From positions 1 through 46,284 of IMG/VR virus record IMGVR_UViG_3300048851_000207: DNA of 46,284 nucleotides; one strand, 5' to 3'. A program made the position numbers and the translations under genes. The stretch comes from a virus. Lineage: Duplodnaviria > Caudoviricetes. Shown piece after piece: positions 24,495 through 33,659 of this stretch (the stretch's first letter is position 1; the number at the start of each line of letters is the position of its first letter). The notes under the pieces were generated by a model. The model saw nothing but the letters and a program-made list of their open reading frames with translations, had not been told where the DNA came from and ran no database searches.

Positions 24495-25532
24495 TTACCA
24501 TAGAAGATCTGCCATCACCTTTTGGTAGAGTTCCACTCTGTTGCTCAGAACGTGGCGGTCCTTGACGAGCCGGTTCCCGTTGGCTCGGATCTCATCAACT
24601 TTGTCCTTGTTCTTCGGATCGCTTAGAAACGCGATCGTCTCCTTCGCAGTCTCTGGTCTTATCGCAAGGAAGTTTTTTCGATCAGCAAACCCAAACTCCT
24701 CGAGGAAGCTCTCAACTGCGGTTGTGTCGGCCAATAAGAGCAGGCCGGCGCCAGGTATTTCGAAGAACTTCGCCACGAAATAGCTTTGGTCGAACTTCAG
24801 CGGCGTATTATCTTGTGCCCAAAATGCGCCCTGTTCGTCTCTGCACGCTTGCGTGAAGTTGTAAGGGAAGTATGTGCAGGCAAAGCCTGCCGAGAATTTT
24901 CGAGCCTCATCCCTCAACGCTTCCTTAGGCACCCGAATATGGGTGTACTGGTCTGGGCACATCGCTTCAAACCGTTCTTTCCACTCCGCTCTGTACTGGT
25001 AGTGGTTCGCATCGGCCGGCGAACGCTCAGGATAGATGTTGTTGGGCGAGTGGAAGAGCGAGCCGAAATCGACAATCCGTTCTTCAGCATGGCTAACCGG
25101 GTCGCCAAGCATGTCATCAGCGCAGTGCAGTGGAAAATTCACTACCTTGGCAGATGTTGGCCCGACTAGATCTTCAATGATGTTGAACCTCGCAAGAACG
25201 ACTGAGGATCTATCTACTGCAAGTTTTATGCACGTCTGGAGCGCCCTGACATTGAGGTCTTCGGTGATAAGAACCGGCTTGATCCCGGAATTGCCTACGA
25301 TCTCGCTGACCGTAAGGTCGTACATTACTTCATAAAGAACGATCGCATCTGGGATCGTTCCAAATCTTTCGCGAAAGAACTCTGGCAGGCGGTCGCGATT
25401 GTCCATGATTTCGCCAAGGTGGCAGAACTGCGTGTTCTCCACCGAGTAAATGATTTTTGGAAGGTCTGAGAAATTGAACACTCCACCCGCCCGAAAGTCA
25501 TGCTCTATTGTAGATATGATTAGCGGCTGCAT
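24495..25532 (-). CDS. Glycosyltransferase (GT-B, CgeB/Glyco_trans_1_2-like) moron
   Basis: C-terminal KFFEIPGAGLLLLAD...EIRANGNRLVKDRHVLSNRVE signature; opposite strand, lower GC, own upstream intergenic region. Confidence 0.75.
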   Translation of the reverse strand: MQPLIISTIEHDFRAGGVFNFSDLPKIIYSVENTQFCHLGEIMDNRDRLPEFFRERFGTIPDAIVLYEVMYDLTVSEIVGNSGIKPVLITEDLNVRALQTCIKLAVDRSSVVLARFNIIEDLVGPTSAKVVNFPLHCADDMLGDPVSHAEERIVDFGSLFHSPNNIYPERSPADANHYQYRAEWKERFEAMCPDQYTHIRVPKEALRDEARKFSAGFACTYFPYNFTQACRDEQGAFWAQDNTPLKFDQSYFVAKFFEIPGAGLLLLADTTAVESFLEEFGFADRKNFLAIRPETAKETIAFLSDPKNKDKVDEIRANGNRLVKDRHVLSNRVELYQKVMADLLW

Positions 25533-25705
25533 TCGCGTGAAATCCTTCTTCCCTTGGAAGGGAAGGGATATGTAGCAACAACCAGCTCGTCAAGTTGTTG
25601 GCCGGGACCAACACTTCTGACGTAACCAATAGCCAAGGGGCTGGAGCATGTCGAAACTGTATGTTATTGCTTCATACATAAACCGACGACAGAGGATCGG
25701 TCGAC

Positions 25706-26542
25706 ATGACCCGCGCGACACTTCCAACAGCCTTGAAGCTCATGTTCGGCCATGAAGGCGGCTATTCCAACGTCAAGACCGACAGCGGCGGACCAACGAA
25801 ATATGGCGTGACGCACAAGACGCTGGCCGCTCATCGCGGCGTTCCGTCCGTCACCGCCGAGCAGGTCAAGGCGCTGACGCTCGAGGAAGCGACGGAAATC
25901 TACGTCAAGGGTTACTGGACGCAGAGCGGCGGCGATCTGCTGCCGGCGGGGCTCGACTACGCAGCGTTCGATTTCGGCGTCAATTCAGGGCCGGCGCGAG
26001 CCGTCAAGGTGCTGCAGCGTCTGGTCGGTGTTGTCGAGGACGGCAATATCGGCCCGGCCACACTGGCTGCGGTCAATCGCTATCCAGGCGGGATCCGCGC
26101 CCTTGTCGTCGACTATTGCGACGCGCGCATGGATTTCCTGAAATCACTGACCAACCCGAAAACCGGCTTCCCGGTCAACGGGCGGGGCTGGACGATCCGC
26201 GTCACCGGCAAAGACCCCAAGGGCCAGTACGCCCCGCAGAAGGGTGTCGTCGGTAATGCACTGGCGCTCGTCACGGCAAAGGAATTCGATCAGGCACCGG
26301 CGCAGGCCGACGTCAAGGCCGATCCGGTTCCTGCCGGTGGCGATGCCAAGGCCGTCCCGCCGCAGCCCAATGCGTTTCTGACGCCTGAAGTGCTTGGCCC
26401 CGTGGGCGGCGTGCTTGGCGGCCTGCCGGCGCTGTTGAGCGTCGAGGGGCCGGTTCAATACGTCTTCGCCGCTGGTATCGGTCTGGCGATCCTGCTGGGC
26501 GCCTATTACGCCTTCCGACGCATTCAGAGGACGGCGGTATGA
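25706..26542 (+). CDS. Endolysin, glycoside hydrolase family 108, with C-terminal hydrophobic segments
   Basis: HEGGYSN...DSGGPTKYGVT GH108 motif, FDFGVNSG, and LQRLVGVVEDGNIGPATLAA peptidoglycan-binding motif. Confidence 0.92.
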   Translation: MTRATLPTALKLMFGHEGGYSNVKTDSGGPTKYGVTHKTLAAHRGVPSVTAEQVKALTLEEATEIYVKGYWTQSGGDLLPAGLDYAAFDFGVNSGPARAVKVLQRLVGVVEDGNIGPATLAAVNRYPGGIRALVVDYCDARMDFLKSLTNPKTGFPVNGRGWTIRVTGKDPKGQYAPQKGVVGNALALVTAKEFDQAPAQADVKADPVPAGGDAKAVPPQPNAFLTPEVLGPVGGVLGGLPALLSVEGPVQYVFAAGIGLAILLGAYYAFRRIQRTAV

Positions 26543-26781
26543 CCTGGCTGCTCGTTCTCTGGGGCAGAACCAAATTTTACGCGCTGGCCGCTGCTGCAGC
26601 GATCGCCGCGCTTTGGGCCGGGTATCGTCACATCCGCGCAGACGGGGCCGCCGCAGAGCGCGCCAGGCAAGCTGAGCAGCAACGCAAGCTCCAGGAGAAA
26701 TACGATGAAGTCGACCGTAAGCCGATCGATCCTGCTGGTAGCTATGAGCGTCTGCGCGGGCTGCGCGACCGTAGCCGGTAG
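26539..26781 (+). CDS. Inner-membrane spanin (Rz-like)
   Basis: N-terminal TM followed by a coiled coil; directly after the endolysin. Confidence 0.7.
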   Translation: MTWLLVLWGRTKFYALAAAAAIAALWAGYRHIRADGAAAERARQAEQQRKLQEKYDEVDRKPIDPAGSYERLRGLRDRSR

Positions 26782-26917
26782 CAGCTGCCCGCCGCTGACA
26801 CCGCCGCCGGCCGCGGCAGTTGACGCGCTTCAGGGCGCCAAGAACCCAGCGGTCGATGCATGGGCCGTCGATCTCGATCGGCACTACCAGAAACTGTCGA
26901 TTTGTGTCGGTAAATAG
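26705..26917 (+). CDS. Outer-membrane spanin lipoprotein (Rz1-like)
   Basis: Signal peptide with lipobox-like VCAGC; Pro-rich (CPPLTPPP); overlaps the i-spanin 3' end. Confidence 0.7.
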   Translation: MKSTVSRSILLVAMSVCAGCATVAGSSCPPLTPPPAAAVDALQGAKNPAVDAWAVDLDRHYQKLSICVGK

Positions 26918-26962
26918 CAACCAACACGGCCAACAGACCGTTGCATGTGAAAGCCGCGAAAC

Positions 26963-27427
26963 GTGAACGACGAGCCAACGCCAATGAATGTTCAGAAGCC
27001 CGTCTTCAAGAACGAATTTAATCTGACAACCGCCGCGACGCTCTTGGGTATCGTGACCCTTGTCGGCGGTTGGGTATGGTCGGCCAGCGGCACGGCTGCG
27101 CAGATTGGCGAACTGGACCGTAAATTTACCGCGTACACAGTCGAGCACGCGCAGCTCCATAAGGACCGCAACATCGCCATAACGGCCCAGGACGCCCGCA
27201 GCGACCAGCGGTTGATATCCGTAGAAACAGCGATCCAGACACAAGCGCGCAAGCAAGATCAGCTGGAATACCGCACGACGGTTCAGGAACAGGGCTCGGC
27301 CAGCCTTAGCCGATCAGTCGAGGAATTGAAGAACACCGTCAACGGTCAGAGTGCCGATATCCGGGTCATGCTAGAGATCCTGAAGCGGTTCGACGTATCG
27401 GCAAAAAATGTCAAACCACAGAATTAA
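26963..27427 (+). CDS. Membrane-anchored coiled-coil protein (possible holin/lysis accessory)
   Basis: One N-terminal TM (LTTAATLLGIVTLVGGWVWSA) plus a long coiled coil. Confidence 0.6.
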   Translation: MNDEPTPMNVQKPVFKNEFNLTTAATLLGIVTLVGGWVWSASGTAAQIGELDRKFTAYTVEHAQLHKDRNIAITAQDARSDQRLISVETAIQTQARKQDQLEYRTTVQEQGSASLSRSVEELKNTVNGQSADIRVMLEILKRFDVSAKNVKPQN

Positions 27428-30101
27428 TCCGAAGACAGGCAAGCGCTTCGATTGGGAAGCCGAACAGGCGGCAGCAAAGGCCACCGATACGGATCTGGCC
27501 GATCTGCAGCAACGTCTTGGCCTGCTGAAGCGCCAGCAAATGGCGCTGACCGCCCGCGAGCGGTTCATGCCGTTTATCAAGTTCACCTCGCCGGACCCTG
27601 AAGACCCCAACGACGTCGAGAAGTCGAAGTATCAGAACGCCAAGCATCACGACGCCATTGCGCGCGTGATCGAGGAAGTCGAGAAGGGCGAGATCCCGTT
27701 TCTGATCCTGACCATGCCGCCGCGGCACGGAAAACAGCTGGATCACGATACGCCAGTTCCGACGCCTGTTGGATATGTCAGGCATGGCGATTTGCAACCG
27801 GGCGATACGGTATTCGGGCCCGATGGAAAGCCCGTTCGCGTTATAGCGGTGAGCGACCAGCAGCCGCAGGACGTTGAAATTGAGTTTACAAACGGCGAGA
27901 TTATTAGGTGCCACGAAAACCACGAATGGACCGTACGCGATCGTCGCTGCTACCCCCCGCGGACGCAAACACTCGAAACGAAACAGATGGAGACTGACGT
28001 TTGGATCGGATCGCCTGGCGTTCGAGGCGGTCGTGCGCGCTGGCAGCTGCCCGACGCAGAATGTTTGCAATATCCAACCGCACTTCAAATTTTGCATCCT
28101 TACACGCTGGGTGTTTGGCTCGGCGACGGTGCGACAACGAAAGCGCATATAACTGGCGTTGATATGGAGGTGTTCGACGCAGTTTCCGAATGTAGCGGTT
28201 TTCGAGAAACCGGACGTTGGGTGCATAAAGATACTGGAGTGACAACGGTCGCTTATTCGGGGCCTCGCCCGAATGTGAGGGGGCAGTTATCAGAAGCTCT
28301 TTTCGCGCTAGGGCTGCACGGTCGGAAATTTATCCCCTCACAGTATCTTCGTGCCAGTAAGGAACAGCGCCTGCAGCTTCTTGCGGGTTTGATTGATACC
28401 GACGGCCATGTTGAACGGGAGACAGGGCGTTGCCGGTTCGTTACCGGCGACCCGAAACTTGCCGACGACGTTTTCGAGTTGGCTGCGTCTCTTGGTTTTC
28501 GCCCCTACCTCACGCAACAGGAACCAGCGCTGTCAACGTCGGGCATACAGGGACGTAAGGTTGTTTTCACTGTAGGCTTCCAGCCGACCGAAACTATTCC
28601 GGTTCGCTTGGAGCGGAAGCGTATCGTTAAGATTGCGCAGCGTCGCCGCGTGGCAGTCAAAGCTATTCGCCGAGTGGCGCCTACAATGGGCCGCTGCATT
28701 CAAGTTGACCGCCCCGATGGCCTTTACATCGTCGGGCGACGGCATGTGGTCACACACAATAGCGAGCAAGTTTCCCGGCGACTGCCGGCCTGGTTCATCG
28801 GGCGTCACCCGGAACAGAATGTTGTCGTCGCGACCTATAACGACGATTTCGCCTCAGACTTTGGCAAAGACGTCCGAAACATCATCTATTCCGCCCAGTT
28901 CAAGCAGGCATTCCCCGGCGTCCGGCTGCAGAAGGGTGGCGGCGCGTCGGATCGCATGCAGACCGTGCAAGGCGGCCTGATGTCCTTTGTCGGCCGCGGC
29001 GGTTCGCTGACGGGCCGCGGCGCGCATCTTCTGATCATCGACGACCTGATCAAGGACGATAAGGAAGCACAGAGCCAAGCGATCCGCGATCAGGCGTGGA
29101 ACTGGTTCACGAAGGTTGCCATGTCTCGCCGCATGGGTAAGAAGCTGGTGATTATGACGTTCACTCGCTGGCATGCCGACGACCCGATCGGGCGTCTGAC
29201 GGATCCCGAAAACCCCTGCTATAACGAGCGCCTCGCGAAGAAGATCAAGATCATCAATCTGCCGGCGATCGCCGAAGATGACGATCCGCTGGGCCGCGCA
29301 GTCGGCGAACCCCTATGGGCCGACGGCCCCGACAAATTCGATCTGGACTTCTTGGAAGAACAGCAGAGCCTCGATCCGCTCGGCTTCGCGGCGCTTTATC
29401 AGCAGCGCCCCAGCTTGCTCGACGGCGATATGTTCAAGCGCGAGGACATCAAGTTCTACGGTCCTGGAACCGGCGTCACGCTGCCCGATGACTTGCGGAT
29501 CTACGCATCGTCCGACCACGCTGTCGGCACAGGCCAGCGCAACGACCCTTCCTGCTTCCTGAAGATCGGGATCGACAAGAACAGCGACATCTACCTTCTG
29601 GAATGCGTCTGGAAGAAGATGAAGACCGATATGGCCGTCGAGGCGATGCTTGCGATGGGCCGTGGCAACATGAAGCCGATCCTGTGGTGGGCGGAAAAGG
29701 GGCACATCAGCAAATCGATTGGCCCTTTTCTGCGCAAGCGCATGTTGGAAACGGGAACGTATATCAACATACGCGAAGTGACGCCCGTGGCCGACAAGGC
29801 CCAACGCGCCCAGTCAATCGCCGCGCGTGTTGCGATGGGCAAGGTCTACTTCCCGAAGAATGAGATCTGGACGGAAAAGGCGATTAACGAATTGATGGCC
29901 TTCCCGAACGGTGTTCATGACGACTTTTGCGATGCGCTCGCTTGGATCGGGCTTGGCTTGCAAAGCCAGTTCGGACCTAGTAAATCTAGGGCCGCCGAGA
30001 AAGCGAAGCAACAGCCAGCCTACGGCACTCTCGATTGGGTCAAACTTGGCGACAGGTGGGCCAACGACAAGAAGGCCCGTATCGCGGCTGGAGGCTTCTA
30101 A
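27408..30101 (+). CDS. terL: Terminase large subunit containing an intein
   Basis: Split Walker A MPPRHGK|S, Walker B LLIIDD, TRWH motif, and nuclease domain FPNGVHDDFCDA. Confidence 0.95.
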   Translation: MSNHRINPKTGKRFDWEAEQAAAKATDTDLADLQQRLGLLKRQQMALTARERFMPFIKFTSPDPEDPNDVEKSKYQNAKHHDAIARVIEEVEKGEIPFLILTMPPRHGKQLDHDTPVPTPVGYVRHGDLQPGDTVFGPDGKPVRVIAVSDQQPQDVEIEFTNGEIIRCHENHEWTVRDRRCYPPRTQTLETKQMETDVWIGSPGVRGGRARWQLPDAECLQYPTALQILHPYTLGVWLGDGATTKAHITGVDMEVFDAVSECSGFRETGRWVHKDTGVTTVAYSGPRPNVRGQLSEALFALGLHGRKFIPSQYLRASKEQRLQLLAGLIDTDGHVERETGRCRFVTGDPKLADDVFELAASLGFRPYLTQQEPALSTSGIQGRKVVFTVGFQPTETIPVRLERKRIVKIAQRRRVAVKAIRRVAPTMGRCIQVDRPDGLYIVGRRHVVTHNSEQVSRRLPAWFIGRHPEQNVVVATYNDDFASDFGKDVRNIIYSAQFKQAFPGVRLQKGGGASDRMQTVQGGLMSFVGRGGSLTGRGAHLLIIDDLIKDDKEAQSQAIRDQAWNWFTKVAMSRRMGKKLVIMTFTRWHADDPIGRLTDPENPCYNERLAKKIKIINLPAIAEDDDPLGRAVGEPLWADGPDKFDLDFLEEQQSLDPLGFAALYQQRPSLLDGDMFKREDIKFYGPGTGVTLPDDLRIYASSDHAVGTGQRNDPSCFLKIGIDKNSDIYLLECVWKKMKTDMAVEAMLAMGRGNMKPILWWAEKGHISKSIGPFLRKRMLETGTYINIREVTPVADKAQRAQSIAARVAMGKVYFPKNEIWTEKAINELMAFPNGVHDDFCDALAWIGLGLQSQFGPSKSRAAEKAKQQPAYGTLDWVKLGDRWANDKKARIAAGGF
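27735..28760 (+). mobile_element. Class 3 intein (342 aa) with LAGLIDADG homing endonuclease in the TerL P-loop
   Basis: Begins QLDHDTPVPTP and ends VVTHN|S. WCT triplet: HEW in block B, GRCIQV in block F, THN in block G. Endonuclease motifs LGVWLGDG and LAGLIDTDG. Confidence 0.9.
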
Positions 30102-32281
30102 TGTCTGATTTTGCGGACGACGATACCATGCAGCCCGACAGCGGCAACGCGATCGCGCCCGACAAGACAGACGAAGCGGCCCCGGAAACGCATAAGCGGC
30201 TGGCGGCCGATATCATTCAGGACATCAAGGCCGACAAGCGCCACCACGAAAAAGCGTTCAAGCGCATGCGCCGCGATATGCAAGTCGCGATGTGGGGCGC
30301 TGAACGGGAGTGGGGCGCCGAGAAGTATCGCGCGAACATCGCCGGCCGTCACGTCAAGCAGAAGACTGCCGCGCTTTATGCGAAGAACCCGAAAGCGACC
30401 GCCAAGCGGCGCGAGCAGATCGATTTCACCCTATGGGATGAAAATCCGGCGTCGCTGCAGCTGGCGATGCAGACGATCCAGTTGGCGCAACAAGCCTTGG
30501 CGATTGCGCAATCAGCGCCGCCGGAAGTCGATCCGATCTTCGGAACCGTGTCGCAGCCGGAACCGCAGCTGCCGCCAGGCTTCGAACAGGCCCAGGCGCT
30601 GATCGCGGATTTCCAACAGGGCTATGCCCGCCGTCAACTCTACGACAAGATTGGCAAGACCCTTGAGCTGCTGTTTGGCTATTCGATGGATCAGCAGCAG
30701 CCGCTTGATTTCAAGCGCGGCATGAAATCCACGGTTCGCCGTACCGTTACGACGGGCGTTGGCTATGTCGAACTTGGCTTTCAGCGCGAGCTCGGGCCGC
30801 GCCCCGGTCTGGTTGAACAGATGGCCGATGCACGGGTTCGGCTCGATCATATGCGCGTGCTCGCCGAGCAGATCGGCGAAGGCGACTATGACGATGATGC
30901 GGGCGAGCGGGCCGAATTGGAATTCTCGCTTCAATCGCTGCAGAGCGAGCCGGAAATCGTTCTGCGTGAGGGGCTGATTGTCGACTACCCGCAGTCGACG
31001 AAAGTCATCCCTGACAAGATGTGTAAGAGCCTGGACGGCTTTATCGGCGCCCGGCATCTCACCATCGAATACGTCTACACCGTCGAGGAAGTTCGCGAAA
31101 TCTTTGGAGTGGATCTGAAGGATGGATACACGGGCTATACGGCCAATGCCGGGTCATCGCGCGAGATCAGCGCAAATGACGTCATGGACGACGAATACGA
31201 ATGGTCGGCGCCCAAGGAAAAGAAAAATGGCATGGTCTGCGTCTGGAAGTTCTACGACAAGCCTTCCGGCTTGGTTTATTACGTGGCTGATGGCTACGCC
31301 GGTTTTCTTCGGGATCCCGCTGCACCTGATGTTTTCGTCGAAACCTTCTGGCCTGTCTTCGCGCTGACGTTCAACGCCGTCGAGAGCGAGGACGAGCTTT
31401 TCCCGCCGTCCGACGTCTCGCTGATGATCGACATGCAGCGCGAGCACAACCGTTCCCGGCAGGGCATGCGCGAACATCGCGAAGCGGCGCGGCCGCGTTG
31501 GGCCTATGCCAACGGCTCGTTTGGCGACGAGGAAGACCCGCTTTTACTCAAGAACCTGAAGCCGTTCGAAATGGTTGGGCTCAATCTCGACCCGGCGGCG
31601 AAGCTTGGCGACGTTCTCCAGGTCGTTCCGGTTCCTGGCGTCGATCCGAACCTTTACGAAACGGGGCAGATCTTCGGCGATACGCAGCTCGTCGTCGGCA
31701 CGCAGGAAGCGCAGTTCGGTGGCACCAGCAAGGCCACCGCAACGGAAAGCGCGCTGGCCGCCAACTCGACAACATCGTCGGACGGCTCGTCGATCGACGA
31801 TCTCGATGCTTTCCTGACCATGATCGCCCGTTCGTCCGGTCAGATCCTGCAGCGTGAAATGTCGGAAGAGATCGTCAAGCAGATCGTCGGCCCTGGTGCC
31901 GTCTGGCCTGAAATGACGCTTGCCGAAATCTCCGGTGAAATCTTTTTGGAAGTGGCCGCCGGGTCGACGGGAAAACCAAATCAGGCCGTGGAAGTGGCAA
32001 ACATGGAACGCATGTTGCCGATGCTGATCCAGATGCCGTCGATCAATCAGGAAGAATTGGCCCGTGAAGTTCTGCGCCGTCTCGACGATCGTATGGACCT
32101 GACGAAGATGATCGTCGCGGGAGTGCCCTCGATCGTGGCGCAAAACCAGAATGCGCAGCCATCACCAGGCAACCCCATGAATGATCCGAATACCCAAGGC
32201 GGGCAGGGCGGAAACAACGCGCCGGCAGCGCCAGGCGGCCCCGGCGGCAGTTCGGCTTCTTTCGGGTCAAACCAAGTTTAG
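30101..32281 (+). CDS. Portal protein
   Basis: About 726 aa directly after terL; GGAGG before ATG 30101; ATATESALA motif and Q/P/G-rich tail typical of podovirus portals. Confidence 0.85.
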   Translation: MSDFADDDTMQPDSGNAIAPDKTDEAAPETHKRLAADIIQDIKADKRHHEKAFKRMRRDMQVAMWGAEREWGAEKYRANIAGRHVKQKTAALYAKNPKATAKRREQIDFTLWDENPASLQLAMQTIQLAQQALAIAQSAPPEVDPIFGTVSQPEPQLPPGFEQAQALIADFQQGYARRQLYDKIGKTLELLFGYSMDQQQPLDFKRGMKSTVRRTVTTGVGYVELGFQRELGPRPGLVEQMADARVRLDHMRVLAEQIGEGDYDDDAGERAELEFSLQSLQSEPEIVLREGLIVDYPQSTKVIPDKMCKSLDGFIGARHLTIEYVYTVEEVREIFGVDLKDGYTGYTANAGSSREISANDVMDDEYEWSAPKEKKNGMVCVWKFYDKPSGLVYYVADGYAGFLRDPAAPDVFVETFWPVFALTFNAVESEDELFPPSDVSLMIDMQREHNRSRQGMREHREAARPRWAYANGSFGDEEDPLLLKNLKPFEMVGLNLDPAAKLGDVLQVVPVPGVDPNLYETGQIFGDTQLVVGTQEAQFGGTSKATATESALAANSTTSSDGSSIDDLDAFLTMIARSSGQILQREMSEEIVKQIVGPGAVWPEMTLAEISGEIFLEVAAGSTGKPNQAVEVANMERMLPMLIQMPSINQEELAREVLRRLDDRMDLTKMIVAGVPSIVAQNQNAQPSPGNPMNDPNTQGGQGGNNAPAAPGGPGGSSASFGSNQV

Positions 32282-32290
32282 TACAAGGAG

Positions 32291-32552
32291 ATGATAATGG
32301 AAATTGGGAGAATAGAAGGCGCCACCCGCGTCATTGGTAAAAGCCAAGGTTATTATGGCTTGCCAATTCGCGATGTGAAAATCAACTGCGCGGTGAACGG
32401 TCCTGAGACGTCAGCGATGATAACGGCGTGGTTTCCATCGCCGGAAGAACTGGCCGTTTTGAATGCCGGCGCACCAATCTATCTTACAATTTTGGGGGGA
32501 AGGCCATCCTCCCGTTATGCTTGATGTAGGCGAACCGCCTAGCCTCACGTAA
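32291..32552 (+). CDS. Hypothetical protein with probable +1 frameshift in a G6 run
   Basis: AAGGAG RBS. As given it ends at 32524; removing one G at 32494-32499 gives ...ILGEGHPPVMLDVGEPPSLT* (stop 32552). Confidence 0.55.
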
Positions 32553-32623
32553 GCAGTGTCGGTCATTGCTTGCTACAACGACCGACATAGGATACAAATC
32601 GCTATCTCTAACAGGAGCATTTC

Positions 32624-33640
32624 ATGCCCGACTTGGACGATCAAATTCAGGATATGGATCCGTCCACCGTATCCAATGACGACGCTGCACCGGCACCGGC
32701 CGACGCAGCTGCCGCGAATTCGTCACTCGCGACCCCCGGCGAAACTGAAGACGACGGCCTGCTGTCGGTTGTCCGCGATGTCGTGGACGCTCGTACGCAG
32801 CCTGAAGATCAGTCGGCCTCGCCAGCCGAAGGTGAAGAAGACGAAGGTCAGGCGCAAGCCGACGCGGACGACGAAGACTATTCGAACGTTCCGTTCAGCA
32901 AGCACCCCGATTTCCGGCGTCTGGTGCGCAAGAAGAACGAATATCGTGACAAGGCGCAAGCCTTCGAACAGGATGCCGTTCGCTACCAGAACGTCCAGAA
33001 CTTCATGGACCAGAACGGTTTATCGGCAGAAGAAGCAGCCGACGGCCTCACGACGTTTGCTCTCGCGAAGACCAATCCGGTCGAAGCGTGGAAGCTGGCG
33101 AAACCGTGGGTCCAACAGCTTCTTGTGGCTGCTGGTGAAGTTCTCCCGGACGAGCTCAAGACGCGTGTCCAGAATGGCGAACTGAGCCATGAAGCCGCAC
33201 TTGAGGTCAGCCGTACCCGCGCGATGTCGAACTCCATGCAGGCGACGCAGTCCTTCCAGGAACAGCGCCGTCAGAAGGAGCAGCAGACCACCGCGGCCTC
33301 TGCGATCACGCAGGCGGCAACCGACTGGGAAGACGATCGTCGGAAGAAAGACCCGAACTTCGAAGCCAAAATGCCGCTGCTTATGCGGGAAATTGCGTTT
33401 CTTCAGCGCCGCGACGGCGTGCCGAACACACCGGAAGGTGTGCAGGCGCAGCTCAAGGCGGCGTACAAAAGCATCGTCTTGCCGGCTGCTCCTGCCGCGG
33501 CGGCGCCCCGGCCTGCGGTCGGGCAACCGAAGAAACCGATTACTCCCGTTCGTGGCGGCCAGGTCGCAGGTGGCGCGAAGCCGGAAATAAAGGACACGAT
33601 GGACGTTTTGAAAAACGTCATCGGCCGGCGCAGCGCATAG
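32624..33640 (+). CDS. Capsid scaffolding protein
   Basis: Acidic N-terminus and coiled coil; located between portal and capsid; AGGAG RBS. Confidence 0.8.
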   Translation: MPDLDDQIQDMDPSTVSNDDAAPAPADAAAANSSLATPGETEDDGLLSVVRDVVDARTQPEDQSASPAEGEEDEGQAQADADDEDYSNVPFSKHPDFRRLVRKKNEYRDKAQAFEQDAVRYQNVQNFMDQNGLSAEEAADGLTTFALAKTNPVEAWKLAKPWVQQLLVAAGEVLPDELKTRVQNGELSHEAALEVSRTRAMSNSMQATQSFQEQRRQKEQQTTAASAITQAATDWEDDRRKKDPNFEAKMPLLMREIAFLQRRDGVPNTPEGVQAQLKAAYKSIVLPAAPAAAAPRPAVGQPKKPITPVRGGQVAGGAKPEIKDTMDVLKNVIGRRSA

Positions 33641-33659
33641 GAACGAATAGGAAGTTCAC

